Origin: a virus
DNA length: 64,000 nt
Direction: 5' to 3' (one strand)
IMG/VR virus record: IMGVR_UViG_3300029922_000007
Coordinates: 64,001-128,000 of that record
Position numbers and translations under genes: made by a program. The notes beneath the pieces are model-generated. The model saw only the letters and a list, made by a program, of their open reading frames with translations. It did no database searches and had not been told where the DNA came from. Shown here one piece after another: positions 36,946-47,229 of the stretch; position 1 is the first letter of the stretch; each line of letters begins with the position of its first letter.

Positions 36946-37800
36946 TTATACGGCAGTTGTTGAGATGGCGAAATAGGTCAAAATGTAATTCGCCGAAGAC
37001 GTGGGTGCATTGAAAGAAACAGTAAATTGTGAAGAAGTCTGAGCTGTTACAAGCAAGGGCTGAAATTGAGGGTAAGTATCCGTAACATCACTTAAAGACG
37101 CTACAACAGTGAAGCCGGTACTTCCATAGGCTATGGGAAGGGGAACAACTACAGAAGTAACTCCAGATCCAACTGCTACTTGGGCTGTAGGGTTGTCGAT
37201 CCAGACTAACTGGTAGTTGGCACTACTAGTTGGGGCATTGAATGAATCCGTAAAACTCGTACTCGTTTGAGCGGTAATAAGGGCGGTTTGAAATTGAGGA
37301 TACGTATCCACTAAATTCTGAGTTACTCCAATAATTCCATAACTTGGACCGTTTTGTGGAATGTTTAGGGCAGCCGTCACACTGGTAGACGCGCTAGGGA
37401 TAGAGGTTTCACCGCCCTGCGTTGGAAGGGCCGGAATGATGAAATTTATTAGGTAATTTGAAGATGAAAGAGGAGCATTCCACTCGAAAATGAAGCCCGT
37501 GGTAGACTTAGAAACTACTTCGACTTGCTGATATTGTGGGGTTGAATCGACGGTATTTTGCATCATAGCTAAAACTACATAAGACAGATCTGGCCTGGCG
37601 GGAATAGTGACGGTATAGGAAGTAGTTCCAGCGGTTAAGGCTACGCTATTGGCAATATAGGAACTATTGCTGGTCAGGCCACCTAAAATAGCGTTGATTC
37701 TATTGAATATATCGTCAAGAGTATCATTGGCTGGAGAACCAATATTCGATAAAGCTAAACGGTTTACAACTTGACGATCGTCCAAAGGCTTATATGACAT
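36946..37800 (-). CDS. Virion protein with three tandem beta-rich repeats
   Basis: Three copies of D..PQ(F/Y)Q....(A/S)....F...NAP.SS.NY. Confidence 0.7.
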   Translation of the reverse strand: MSYKPLDDRQVVNRLALSNIGSPANDTLDDIFNRINAILGGLTSNSSYIANSVALTAGTTSYTVTIPARPDLSYVVLAMMQNTVDSTPQYQQVEVVSKSTTGFIFEWNAPLSSSNYLINFIIPALPTQGGETSIPSASTSVTAALNIPQNGPSYGIIGVTQNLVDTYPQFQTALITAQTSTSFTDSFNAPTSSANYQLVWIDNPTAQVAVGSGVTSVVVPLPIAYGSTGFTVVASLSDVTDTYPQFQPLLVTAQTSSQFTVSFNAPTSSANYILTYFAISTTAV

Positions 37801-37820
37801 ACGTTCCTTATATCATCTGA

Positions 37821-38636
37821 TTAATTGTTAAGAATAGCTTGCCAGTTTAACACATAATTCGCCGTTAAAGTGTTAACGTTCCAGCTTGCCGTAAAGCCAG
37901 TTGCAGATTGTGCAGTAACGACAATTGGTTGAAACTGAGGAGAGCTATCGGTTGTGTTCACCATATTAACCGTAACCGCATAACTTGTACTTCCAAGAGT
38001 AGAACTAAAAGTCACTGCTTGAGTGGCAACCCCAGAAGAGATAGAAGTTTGCCCAGCCCTAATCCCCAATGAAGTCAGGGTTGGCGCTGCTGGAAGAGAT
38101 TGAAAGGTAGGAGCCGTAGTCGTTCCAGTTGCGGTCAAGACCTGTCCAGAAGTACCGCCTGCAACCTGAGCTAAAGCGCCGGTGGAAGTAGTGCCCCCAA
38201 TAATAACTTGGTTAACGGTAAACGAAGTATCGCCAGTACCGCCGTTTGCAACAGGAATTGGGCCTAACATTGATAGTACTTGTGCTACAGTCAAATCTAA
38301 AGGAGCACCAGAAGCGCCTATATTGTTGCCCTTAATGGTATTTGCAGGCATTACGGCCAATTGAGTATTAGTGATTGAGTGAGGAAGAACGTACAGCTTA
38401 TTGGCACTGACTCCAATAGTAGAGTTATCTACCTGGACATCTAAGCCGGATGCGTTTACGATAAGAGCGCTAGCTACGGGGATAAGAATCCCAACAGTAG
38501 TTCCGCTGCCGCCAGTGATACCTCCGCTAGAGTTGAACGTGGTTGAAACGATCTTATTCTGGTCTACAGAATTAGATGCCATCTTAGCTAAGGTAATTGC
38601 ACTATTCAAAATAAACTTTGTAGAAATTTGGCTCAT
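37821..38636 (-). CDS. Tail fibre protein
   Basis: PVANGGTG repeat; C-domain shared with 36946..37800. Confidence 0.75.
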   Translation of the reverse strand: MSQISTKFILNSAITLAKMASNSVDQNKIVSTTFNSSGGITGGSGTTVGILIPVASALIVNASGLDVQVDNSTIGVSANKLYVLPHSITNTQLAVMPANTIKGNNIGASGAPLDLTVAQVLSMLGPIPVANGGTGDTSFTVNQVIIGGTTSTGALAQVAGGTSGQVLTATGTTTAPTFQSLPAAPTLTSLGIRAGQTSISSGVATQAVTFSSTLGSTSYAVTVNMVNTTDSSPQFQPIVVTAQSATGFTASWNVNTLTANYVLNWQAILNN

Positions 38637-38701
38637 ACGTTTTTGAAGTTCCTAACTTCGGAGGTATCCACCCCCAGCTTCGATATTTCAATCGGTAATT
38701 A

Positions 38702-38723
38702 GGGGCAGACTTTCATCTGCCCC
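38702..38723. terminator. GC-rich hairpin (terminator, attenuator or processing site)
   Basis: GGGGCAGA/TCTGCCCC stem, GAAA loop on the - strand, just after stop 38735; no strong U tract. Confidence 0.5.
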
Positions 38724-38734
38724 ACTATTTTAAA

Positions 38735-40465
38735 TTAATACGCGTATTTGATCATGAGAATGTCGCCCGAGACCAAGGCAGCATTGCCGCCAGTAGCTAG
38801 ATCCCCAGCAAATGTAATTCTAGTAACCCCACCAGCACCACCGGTCAAGGAAACGGTATAGTCCACTCCCTTGAGTTGTTCTGGTCCACCAACAACATTA
38901 AGAGAAATGCTGTTTACGGTAGCGCTAGAACCTTGAGCTGGGTGAAGAAGATCTACGAACTGATTAGTTATATCTCCAGACACCAGAGTCTTGATGTCTT
39001 CGGTAACGGTCAGAGCGCTAGCAGTTGCTTGCCACGTTGGAGCAGCAGTGGCTCCATTGGAGGTCAACACGAATCCGGACGATGCGCCAGCAACTTGAGC
39101 CAGTGGTCCCGTTGAGGTAGTCCCACCAATAACGACTTGGTTGGCCGTGAAAGAAGAATCTCCAGTGCCACCGTTAGCTACTGGAAGGACTCCGGTAACG
39201 CCGCTAGTCAGTGGCAGGCCGGTAGCGTTCGTAAGAACCGCAGCGCTAGGAGTTCCCAATGCTGGGGTTACGAGCGTTGGGCTCGTGGCCAAAACCACAT
39301 TCCCAGAGCCGGTAGTTGAAGCCGCACTGATTGCAGTTCCATTGCCTTGCAGAATACCGGTAATAGTCGTAGAAACTGTTAGTGCTGTACCGCTGTAGGT
39401 TCCAGCGAATCCATTGGCAGAAGCCATCGACATGACTACGGAACCTTGAGCCCCATTAACGAAGCTAACACCGGCAGCAGGAGTCGTTAATACCCATTTA
39501 GTCCCATTGTAGATTACCAGATCGCCAATTTGGAAGTTGACCATCGAGGGATCTGTCAACCCAGCAACCGTTCCAGTATCGGCAGCACTTACCCAATAAG
39601 TAAAACCGGTAGTTCCTGTACCATCAACCAAGGTAGGGGTATTGGTATTTGGATTCCAATTACCTTGGAATTCCATGAGGGTAGATGGAAGCTGCGAAAG
39701 AGGGACTTTTCCGCCGCCATCCAAAGTGGCTACTCCACCCGCTGAACCTGCAAATGATAAATCTCCTACGACAATAGCACGAGGGGTCATTGCCCCAGCG
39801 GAACCATTTGGAGAAGCCAAGAATAAATTTGCTGCTTCAGAAGTACCGGTAATGGCCAGAGTTCCAGAAGTGGTAATTGGGGAGCCGGTAACCGTCAACC
39901 AAGAAGGGGTCGTCAAGGCAACAGAGGTTACCGTTCCAGTAGAAGCAGTTTGCCAAGTAGGGGCTGCGGTCGTTCCGTTAGAGGTCAGAACGGTACCGGT
40001 AGCTCCTCCTGCAACAGCAGTGAATGGATTGGTAGAAGTCGTACCAGCGATAATAACCTGGTTAGCGCTGAAAGAACCAGAGCCGGTTCCACCATTGGCA
40101 ACAGGGAGAATACCTGCTACTTGGGTCGTTAAACTAACAGTACCCGTCAGTTGGGACGTAGCAATCGAGAGCCCTGAACCGCCAGTAACGCCTACTGGAA
40201 GAACTCCGCTAAGGTTAGCCGCTGCCAAATTGGTTAAAGCCGATCCATTGACCGCTCCGAATGTACCTCCCGATACTTGTGAGCCAGAAATGGAAATACC
40301 CGAAACATCTCCAGAAGCAATCGCCCTAAAAGTTGTACCGCCAGATCCATCAGAAAAAAGAGCCGTGGTAGCCGCAGCCGCTCCAGAACCGATTTTACCG
40401 TGGGCTGCAGATGATCCTGAAGTTACCGCTAAGTCTTTGATAAATTTTGTTACGATTTGGCTCAT
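38735..40465 (-). CDS. Tail fibre protein
   Basis: Repeated GxLPVANGGTG, TVTSVALT...SPITTSGTLAI, VATLDGGGKVPLSQLP, TSPTLVTPALGTP. Confidence 0.82.
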   Translation of the reverse strand: MSQIVTKFIKDLAVTSGSSAAHGKIGSGAAAATTALFSDGSGGTTFRAIASGDVSGISISGSQVSGGTFGAVNGSALTNLAAANLSGVLPVGVTGGSGLSIATSQLTGTVSLTTQVAGILPVANGGTGSGSFSANQVIIAGTTSTNPFTAVAGGATGTVLTSNGTTAAPTWQTASTGTVTSVALTTPSWLTVTGSPITTSGTLAITGTSEAANLFLASPNGSAGAMTPRAIVVGDLSFAGSAGGVATLDGGGKVPLSQLPSTLMEFQGNWNPNTNTPTLVDGTGTTGFTYWVSAADTGTVAGLTDPSMVNFQIGDLVIYNGTKWVLTTPAAGVSFVNGAQGSVVMSMASANGFAGTYSGTALTVSTTITGILQGNGTAISAASTTGSGNVVLATSPTLVTPALGTPSAAVLTNATGLPLTSGVTGVLPVANGGTGDSSFTANQVVIGGTTSTGPLAQVAGASSGFVLTSNGATAAPTWQATASALTVTEDIKTLVSGDITNQFVDLLHPAQGSSATVNSISLNVVGGPEQLKGVDYTVSLTGGAGGVTRITFAGDLATGGNAALVSGDILMIKYAY

Positions 40466-40474
40466 AAAAATTCC

Positions 40475-41497
40475 TTAATTGTATTGAACTACGAGCATAT
40501 CGCCCGAAACTAAAACCCCATCTAAGAATAATCCACTCCAACTAAGCTGAGAGCCGGAAACTGTGTAATCTGCCCCATACGATTGCATAGGGCCGCCAAT
40601 AACTGTAAGAATGGTATCGGCGGCTGTATCTGGAGCGGAACTAAGTGTTACAAATTTATTGGTAATGTCTGTACCAGACAAAGTAAATAAATTAACATTA
40701 TAAGAAGATGCCAACATCGAATTAGTGATAGCGCCATTTGCGATACTTGTAGCATTACCAACACTTGTAACTACACCAGTAAGATTAGCGTTTGTGGTGA
40801 CGGTCCCGGCATTACCGGTAATACTCCCAGTAGGAATAACGTAATCTGTTCCAGCGGTGGCTGCTGAAACGGCTGTACCGTTACCTTTAAGGAGCCCAGA
40901 GATAGTAGTCGAGATTGTGATAGCAGGGGTAGTAGTAGCTGTAGCTACGGTCCCCGCAAAACCGTTTGCAGAAACAACTGAGACAGAAGATACCGTACCT
41001 GATCCAGCTGCAGGAGTCATCCATGCGGGTAGACCAGAAACAACAGTTAGGACTTGTCCTGCAGACCCAATCGGCAATCTAGCCGCTGCTGGAGTCGCAT
41101 TTTCAAAAAGTATATCTCCAGCGGTAGTTAAAGGAGATAGAGCATTAAAAGAAGAAGACGTAGAAGTTTGGCCCGTTCCACCATTAGCTACTGGAAGAGC
41201 AGTTCCAGAAAGGGTTACTGCTAGGGTACCAGTGCTGGTGATGGGAGATCCTGAAACACTCAAGAAAGATGGTACAGTTAATGCAACAGATGTGACTGTT
41301 CCAGAACCACTACCAGGACTCCAACTCAGATTCCCAGCTCCATCGTTGGTCAGAACGTAACCGGAAGAGGCGGCTTGGGCTGGAGGCCAGAAAATAGAAT
41401 ACGTTGTAGTTACTGCGGAAGCAAATTGAGTTATAGAGCCAGAAGTGGCTCCGCTTAGTTGAGATTTAGCGCTAGTAGAAGATGGATTGTATGACAT
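40475..41497 (-). CDS. Tail fibre protein
   Basis: Same repeat modules; C-domain shared with 38735..40465. Confidence 0.8.
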   Translation of the reverse strand: MSYNPSSTSAKSQLSGATSGSITQFASAVTTTYSIFWPPAQAASSGYVLTNDGAGNLSWSPGSGSGTVTSVALTVPSFLSVSGSPITSTGTLAVTLSGTALPVANGGTGQTSTSSSFNALSPLTTAGDILFENATPAAARLPIGSAGQVLTVVSGLPAWMTPAAGSGTVSSVSVVSANGFAGTVATATTTPAITISTTISGLLKGNGTAVSAATAGTDYVIPTGSITGNAGTVTTNANLTGVVTSVGNATSIANGAITNSMLASSYNVNLFTLSGTDITNKFVTLSSAPDTAADTILTVIGGPMQSYGADYTVSGSQLSWSGLFLDGVLVSGDMLVVQYN

Positions 41498-41498
41498 A

Positions 41499-44447
41499 TT
41501 ACAGAATATCCCATCCTGAGCCGTTGGAAGCTAAAGTAAACGATTCGTACTGAACATTTTCATATTGGGCGCTGAATCCATCGATTAAATCCGATCCAAA
41601 CGCGTTGATGTTTAGGTAATTTGACGTACTGTCAACCTTTTTTAGGTAGAAAATTCTTCCAGTTACGGTAGAAGCGGCTGGTAAATCAAAGTTAACTACT
41701 CCAGCAGTGCAATCCGCGCGTAAAATACAGTCGCCTGTAAGAACAGCGTAGGTAGTTGGACCGAACTTAGTGGAAACAGAAACGGGAGTCATGCTTCCGT
41801 TCAGTCCTGGAGCGCCAGGAGCACCAGCCGGACCAGCAGGACCGACAGCGTTAGCTCCATTGCCTCCTCCGCCACCAAGCCTAATTTCAACTTCGTCCCC
41901 AATAACTAAGCCGCCGCCAGGAAGAGTAAGAATCTGAATTTGATTAGAAGGAGTTCCAGGTGCGCCAACTTCAGCGTAAGCTCCGGACTCCAAATCCATG
42001 AACTGACCGTTCAAGAATAAGAGGAGCGACCCTGCTCCAACAGTATACTGTTGTGGGATATTTCCTTCTCTGCTATTGTTAGGAAGAGTAAGGAAACTTC
42101 CATTAGCAACGGGACCATTCAAACTGGTCGGTGGGGTTGCGCCTGATGCGACTATCTCGATAACTTCATCGTACGAAGGAGAATCCAAGAGGGCTTGGAT
42201 ATTCCCAATAGCTTTATCTAGCTCTTTGATAGCTAAGGTCAAACTATCGGAGTCATGTATAACGTAGTTACCAGTGCCAGTCCCGGATTGAGAAGTAGTG
42301 ATCGCAAATGGAGCGCCAACGTTTACATTGCTAGCACCATTCGAAGTTCCTGCAGATGTATTGGTTACTACAAGTGTGCCAACCCCAGAAGTAGCTGAAA
42401 AGTCTCCAAATGGAGCTGAATTCAGAGCAAGAGCCAACTTTGTTGCAACTTGAGTGGCTGTATCTCCAGTTAAGATGTCCACTTCAATAATAGCATTCGT
42501 ATTTGGAGCTACAGGAGCACTACCTACACCGCTAACTTTGAACCAAACAGCGTATTCGCGAGCGTCTGCAGAAGAGCTAATGAGGAAATACTGACCGCCA
42601 GTAATAGTTGATCCACCACCAGTGGTAAAATCGGAGATCTGAACGGTAGATCCTGGATTCATAGCCGCTACATATTGTGGCTTAGAAGATGACGCCGATG
42701 GAGAACCGATATATTGCAGAAGCTCAAGAGAGGTAGTTCCGGAAACAGATACACTCTCGCCATTATCAAGTTCTTGTGATAGGAAGCGAATGTAAACTTT
42801 AGGATTTCCCCCATTGTCTTCTCGCAGGAACAGCCAGAAAACATCGGCCCCTACTGGAACAGAGGCGCGGGACGAAATTTGAATAGCGCGGGTATCGCCA
42901 ACTGGAGATGGCGAAGCATGATAAGAGCCAAACGCATACTGGGCTTGAGATCCGCCAGCACCAGAATTGTCCCCAGCCGAAACATTGCTCGTAAGGGTAA
43001 CTTGAGATCCAGAATTGACTGTCAAGATCTGGTAATAACCGGAAGAAGTATTTGAAGCGACCTTAATAAAGTCACCGGGAAGTAGTCCAGAAGTCCAGGT
43101 TACAGCGCCAACAGAATTGACAGTTGGGGAACCTGAAACAAAAATCAGGTTTGGAGCGATAGGGACTTCTCTATTAAGGAGAATATAGGCTACTTCATCA
43201 TCCGTAAGTGTTATATCGGTAGAAGAAGGATTAGCAGCAATAGTATAGGTGAGGGAAGATCCGATGACACGAATTTCAATCGGTTGATCCCAATTGATCT
43301 GCCCTGGAGAAGTGATAGCGCTCGGACTATAGAAACTTACGCCAATTCCAGTACCGTTTAGGGTAGCTGGTTGGGACATGGTAATCGTAGACCCAGCGAT
43401 AGAAAGTATGGTAGCCCCTTGAGGAATACCAGTACCGAAGATGAAGTCCCCATTAACTAATCCAGCAGTAGAAGCTAGAGAGGTTAACTGATTGCTAGTG
43501 ACAGCTATATTTCCGGTGGTAACTAGGATAGGATCAGAATTAGGTAGAATCCCGTTAGAAATTTCACCACTGCCGGTAATAACAGTATTCCCGAGATCCT
43601 GGAAAAGACTTTGCAGGGAGGGAATTGGACCACCTCCACCGCCGCCTGCTCCTGAGAACCAATAGGGCGTGCCCTTGATTCCAAGAAGTTCGGACATGAT
43701 GGCGTTCATCCAAGATTTCAGGCTGTCTAGTTGTTTATCGCCGCCTATAAAGGGGTTAGCGGAGCTATTAGTAGCACTGATGGTTACTGGAGACTGGGTT
43801 TGCCCTTGGCTCCAAGGATAGGTGAAGTTAGGGTTAGGGCTAATTCCACCAGTTTCGAGGGAATAGAGCATCCAGCGGGGATCGGTGATAGTTAGGACGT
43901 TTCCGTTAGAATCTGTGGTTACGATAGCTGCTGGGAGGACGTTTTGAGCCCAAGGAGAGGTCGTGATGATGATTTTGTAGGTGAGGGTTTGGGCTTCAGG
44001 TGCTATCTCAGTTATTTCGTCGTTGGCGGTTGCGTTCCAGATGTACTTGGTTACGTCTGTGCTAGGATCAGCGAATCGATTGTAATCAATACCCACATAG
44101 TTCGTGCTGGAAGCTGTGAAGGATCCGGAAACATTAGGATTTGTGGCTGCATTTAGGACCTGGTTAGCGGTCCCAAGTGGTACCTGGAAAACGGTGCCGC
44201 TGGCCGACGCATCAATATTTAAAATAGAGCCTGGGTCTACGATCATCTGTAGGCCGTTTGCGGCGGAGCCAATAGCTCCGGACGTAACCAGTGAGAACCC
44301 GCGAATGATGTAACCCTGCGAAGTTCCAGTAATAATGGCGGTTACTGCAGCATCCCAATCAGAACGGGAAGCGCTTTCGATGCGCCTAAGGCTGCTCACA
44401 TCCAGGCGTTGCTCGCTCAAAATGTTAAGAGTGCTTAATACTGCCAT
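41499..44447 (-). CDS. Large tail/baseplate-associated structural protein
   Basis: 982 aa S/T/G-rich; short collagen-like GPAGPAGAPGAPG; C-terminal LPAA...KKVDS...SNGSGW. Confidence 0.75.
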   Translation of the reverse strand: MAVLSTLNILSEQRLDVSSLRRIESASRSDWDAAVTAIITGTSQGYIIRGFSLVTSGAIGSAANGLQMIVDPGSILNIDASASGTVFQVPLGTANQVLNAATNPNVSGSFTASSTNYVGIDYNRFADPSTDVTKYIWNATANDEITEIAPEAQTLTYKIIITTSPWAQNVLPAAIVTTDSNGNVLTITDPRWMLYSLETGGISPNPNFTYPWSQGQTQSPVTISATNSSANPFIGGDKQLDSLKSWMNAIMSELLGIKGTPYWFSGAGGGGGGPIPSLQSLFQDLGNTVITGSGEISNGILPNSDPILVTTGNIAVTSNQLTSLASTAGLVNGDFIFGTGIPQGATILSIAGSTITMSQPATLNGTGIGVSFYSPSAITSPGQINWDQPIEIRVIGSSLTYTIAANPSSTDITLTDDEVAYILLNREVPIAPNLIFVSGSPTVNSVGAVTWTSGLLPGDFIKVASNTSSGYYQILTVNSGSQVTLTSNVSAGDNSGAGGSQAQYAFGSYHASPSPVGDTRAIQISSRASVPVGADVFWLFLREDNGGNPKVYIRFLSQELDNGESVSVSGTTSLELLQYIGSPSASSSKPQYVAAMNPGSTVQISDFTTGGGSTITGGQYFLISSSADAREYAVWFKVSGVGSAPVAPNTNAIIEVDILTGDTATQVATKLALALNSAPFGDFSATSGVGTLVVTNTSAGTSNGASNVNVGAPFAITTSQSGTGTGNYVIHDSDSLTLAIKELDKAIGNIQALLDSPSYDEVIEIVASGATPPTSLNGPVANGSFLTLPNNSREGNIPQQYTVGAGSLLLFLNGQFMDLESGAYAEVGAPGTPSNQIQILTLPGGGLVIGDEVEIRLGGGGGNGANAVGPAGPAGAPGAPGLNGSMTPVSVSTKFGPTTYAVLTGDCILRADCTAGVVNFDLPAASTVTGRIFYLKKVDSTSNYLNINAFGSDLIDGFSAQYENVQYESFTLASNGSGWDIL

Positions 44448-45327
44448 AAATATTTGATTTCCTAGGCCTTTTCTTCAATTTATTGGATCTACGGCCTATA
44501 ACCTTAGTACCATTAAAGGTGGCGATAGCGTATAGGTATCGCTCTTCTAATAAGATTGTGGGTTGGTCCTCATCTGCAAAAACCCAAACATGCTGTCCAG
44601 CGGACTTACTCTCCTTGAATAGGCAAGCCCCTCTTATTGCTGTAGAATGAGCGTCGATAGTTTTTTGGGCTACGAAACAGGACGGAAATTCTATAATTGA
44701 GCCATCGACTAAAGACTTACCTATAATAGCCCTGGATTGGTCATTGTTTCCGCGTTTTTTGGCCATTAATCTTCTTCGTTCCATCTCCTCCACATTAAAT
44801 TCGGATTTATGCATCCAAACCCAGCCACCGCAAGAAATTGCCTGCTGAGTTCTCTTCCCACAAATAGAAACCGATAGTAGACAACATTTTCCGATATTTT
44901 TATAGTTAAACCCATCTAGGGCCGTATCTTTCCCACACGAGTATTCTTTAATCTCACCAGTCTCTATAGACATTCCTATAATTGGTTTCTTAGAGGATTC
45001 TCCTATTTTTCTTTTTGCCTCTTCCGTATGCTTTACTGGGGGAGCGTCATAGCCGCCCTTTTTAAGGTTATATAGGCGATGTTTTTCGTTTTCTAAGGTA
45101 AATATTTCTGCGGCTTCCATCTCCGCAATAGTTGAGAATTTCTGCCTTATGTGATACTTAAAAGCGCCTACTCCGAATTCGTTGTATGCTTCTTGCAACT
45201 TATAGTTGTAGTGTTCATTTCTTTCCAATGATTTTCTGTGGGCAGACCAACGTCGTTCGATCCTACCCTTGGTAATTCCGGCGTAGCCCATTCCGTTAAC
45301 AGTATTCGTAATCTCGTATAGAAACAT
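44425..45327 (-). CDS. GIY-YIG homing endonuclease with NUMOD repeats
   Basis: FLYEITNTVNGMGYAGIT..RRWSAHR..E..YN; KHTEEAKRKIG. Confidence 0.88.
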   Translation of the reverse strand: MFLYEITNTVNGMGYAGITKGRIERRWSAHRKSLERNEHYNYKLQEAYNEFGVGAFKYHIRQKFSTIAEMEAAEIFTLENEKHRLYNLKKGGYDAPPVKHTEEAKRKIGESSKKPIIGMSIETGEIKEYSCGKDTALDGFNYKNIGKCCLLSVSICGKRTQQAISCGGWVWMHKSEFNVEEMERRRLMAKKRGNNDQSRAIIGKSLVDGSIIEFPSCFVAQKTIDAHSTAIRGACLFKESKSAGQHVWVFADEDQPTILLEERYLYAIATFNGTKVIGRRSNKLKKRPRKSNIYGSIKHS

Positions 45328-45386
45328 ACCCTTACTATATCATATCTCTCCTTGATTTCACTACAATCTTGTAGTAGAGTACGAAT

Positions 45387-45779
45387 ATGAGGTGCGATTT
45401 GGGTAAAATCCGTCGTGGGTCAAAAGAATATTCTAAAGAACAGAGATTGATCAGAGAAAACAAACAGTTGAAGAAAGAGCTGGGTCACCTACGCAAGCAA
45501 ATTGCTAGAATCGACCTCGACCGATACGAAACTGTTACGCAAATGTGCGCGGACTATCAAGAATCTGAGAGATTTCAGGAAAATATGGCTGATACCACTT
45601 CAAATGTGGACGATTTGAAGAAGGAATGGGCCTGTAATTCCTGTAGTTCCGGATACTTAGAGATTTTCTTGTACTCCAAGATGGGCGAAACGCACTACTA
45701 TAGACGGTGCAACGGCTGTCAACATAGGACCCACGGAAAAAGATATTCGGCACAAGTCAAAGGAATTTTACATCAATGA
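45387..45779 (+). CDS. Coiled-coil plus zinc-ribbon hypothetical protein
   Basis: CNSC...CNGC; TTGATT-17-TAGAGT upstream (45352-45380). Confidence 0.6.
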   Translation: MRCDLGKIRRGSKEYSKEQRLIRENKQLKKELGHLRKQIARIDLDRYETVTQMCADYQESERFQENMADTTSNVDDLKKEWACNSCSSGYLEIFLYSKMGETHYYRRCNGCQHRTHGKRYSAQVKGILHQ

Positions 45780-46000
45780 GTGATTATTTTAAAGAAGGCT
45801 CTGTGGTAATTGTAGATACCGGCCAATCGGGTTGTCTTACCCATCTGGACGGTAACGAAGCTTCTGTTCTACTTCTAAACCTAGAAATGTGGCACGGAAT
45901 GACCAATAGGCTTAGACTGCCTCAGAACCAGGAAGATTTAAGCGCGTGCCCTCTTAATGTTGAAAAAGAGATCCCTCTTAAGCGTATTTCTAGGGATTAG
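45776..46000 (+). CDS. Small KOW/SH3-like hypothetical protein
   Basis: FKEGSVVIVDTGQSG. Confidence 0.5.
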   Translation: MSDYFKEGSVVIVDTGQSGCLTHLDGNEASVLLLNLEMWHGMTNRLRLPQNQEDLSACPLNVEKEIPLKRISRD

Positions 46001-46737
46001 CTTACCCAGTACTTAATGAATGGATGTCCGGACTGGTAATAAGCTTGAGCAACCCCATTCATTTCGGCATCCCCATAGTCTTTTTTTAAACGCCAATACC
46101 AAATAAAAGAAGCTACGTAGCACATGAAGGATGTTTGGTAAGTATTCTGCATAAGATGCCAACTTAAGCGTCTTGGGTCTGCCTGATTGATGGGCGTATT
46201 CGTGCAGCTAATCGCTATGGATGCTGCTGCTATAAAAAATAAGGGCATCGCCATAACCCTAACCAAAAGATGAAGTGGGTTCCAGAAAGACGGGAACGCA
46301 GCTGAAACCATAGCTGCTAATAGTTGAGGCTGTCTGACCAAAAAACTTTGAGTGGTCCACTGACCTGGGCTAACATTGTTCAACGCTCCGAGATATCGAA
46401 AAACAGCCCAAAGAAATTTTCTGGGTATTTTAGTGTTTCCTAAGTATGAGCAAGCATTTAGGACGGCATAGTAGTCGTCCGGACCTTCTTGACCATCTGA
46501 TTGACTAGTTGGAACCCTATTGAGCATACCCTGTGAGTTTATGCAGTTTTGTATCGTTTTATCGAAAGTTACACAATCATCTTGCGTTAATTGATTAGAT
46601 TTTGCTAAGATAGTGTAATATTCGGACGTAAACATTGGGCCGTTGTCACTAGCAGAAAGCGTTCCGGGTGTAACTAGATTTGGTGAAATCAATCCGTTAC
46701 CATCTATATAAGGCTTAATGTCGTCTCTAATACTCAT
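45997..46737 (-). CDS. Hypothetical protein, probably late-expressed
   Basis: 246 aa; CAATCTTA 5 nt upstream of ATG. Confidence 0.7.
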   Translation of the reverse strand: MSIRDDIKPYIDGNGLISPNLVTPGTLSASDNGPMFTSEYYTILAKSNQLTQDDCVTFDKTIQNCINSQGMLNRVPTSQSDGQEGPDDYYAVLNACSYLGNTKIPRKFLWAVFRYLGALNNVSPGQWTTQSFLVRQPQLLAAMVSAAFPSFWNPLHLLVRVMAMPLFFIAAASIAISCTNTPINQADPRRLSWHLMQNTYQTSFMCYVASFIWYWRLKKDYGDAEMNGVAQAYYQSGHPFIKYWVS

Positions 46738-46742
46738 ACTAG

Positions 46743-46776
46743 TAAGATTGACATTAGAATTTTGGCATGGTAGAGT
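46743..46776. promoter_or_regulatory. Overlapping divergent promoters
   Basis: - strand CAATCTTA (46743-46750) overlaps + strand TTGACA-17-TAGAGT (46748-46776). Confidence 0.65.
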
Positions 46777-46782
46777 CTAGAA

Positions 46783-47229
46783 ATGGAAGTAATGACCCTT
46801 ATTATGTCTGCGGCTAAGGCGGTTGGAGTATCTGGAACCCTGTTGCTTGCTATTTGCAACCATGAATCTGGGGGGTTTAGGCAAAATTATGCCCCTTTTG
46901 ATAAGGGCACACCAAGTTATGGTTCTTGCCAGCTAAAGGAAGATACGGCCTTAATGTTTAACTTTCAGGGTCTCCCCTTTGAACTTAACGATCCCAAAGA
47001 AAATGCCAAATATTCCGCCTTATATCTGAAATATCAGCAGGATAGATACGGTGAAGACTGGGTTAAGATGACAGCGGCCTATAATAGTGGCACGTTTTTT
47101 GAAAGTAAGAGGGTTCCTGGCTGTCCGCGCAACCTCCGATACGTCAATCTGGTAAAGGCCAAGCTGCCCTTGGATTTGCAAGGAAGGCTGAATTGTGGCT
47201 TTTCTAGCAATTTTGCGGAGGCAGAATGA
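46783..47229 (+). CDS. Lytic transglycosylase (SLT domain)
   Basis: LLAICNHESG, SYGSCQL, AAYNSG, YV..V. Confidence 0.85.
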   Translation: MEVMTLIMSAAKAVGVSGTLLLAICNHESGGFRQNYAPFDKGTPSYGSCQLKEDTALMFNFQGLPFELNDPKENAKYSALYLKYQQDRYGEDWVKMTAAYNSGTFFESKRVPGCPRNLRYVNLVKAKLPLDLQGRLNCGFSSNFAEAE

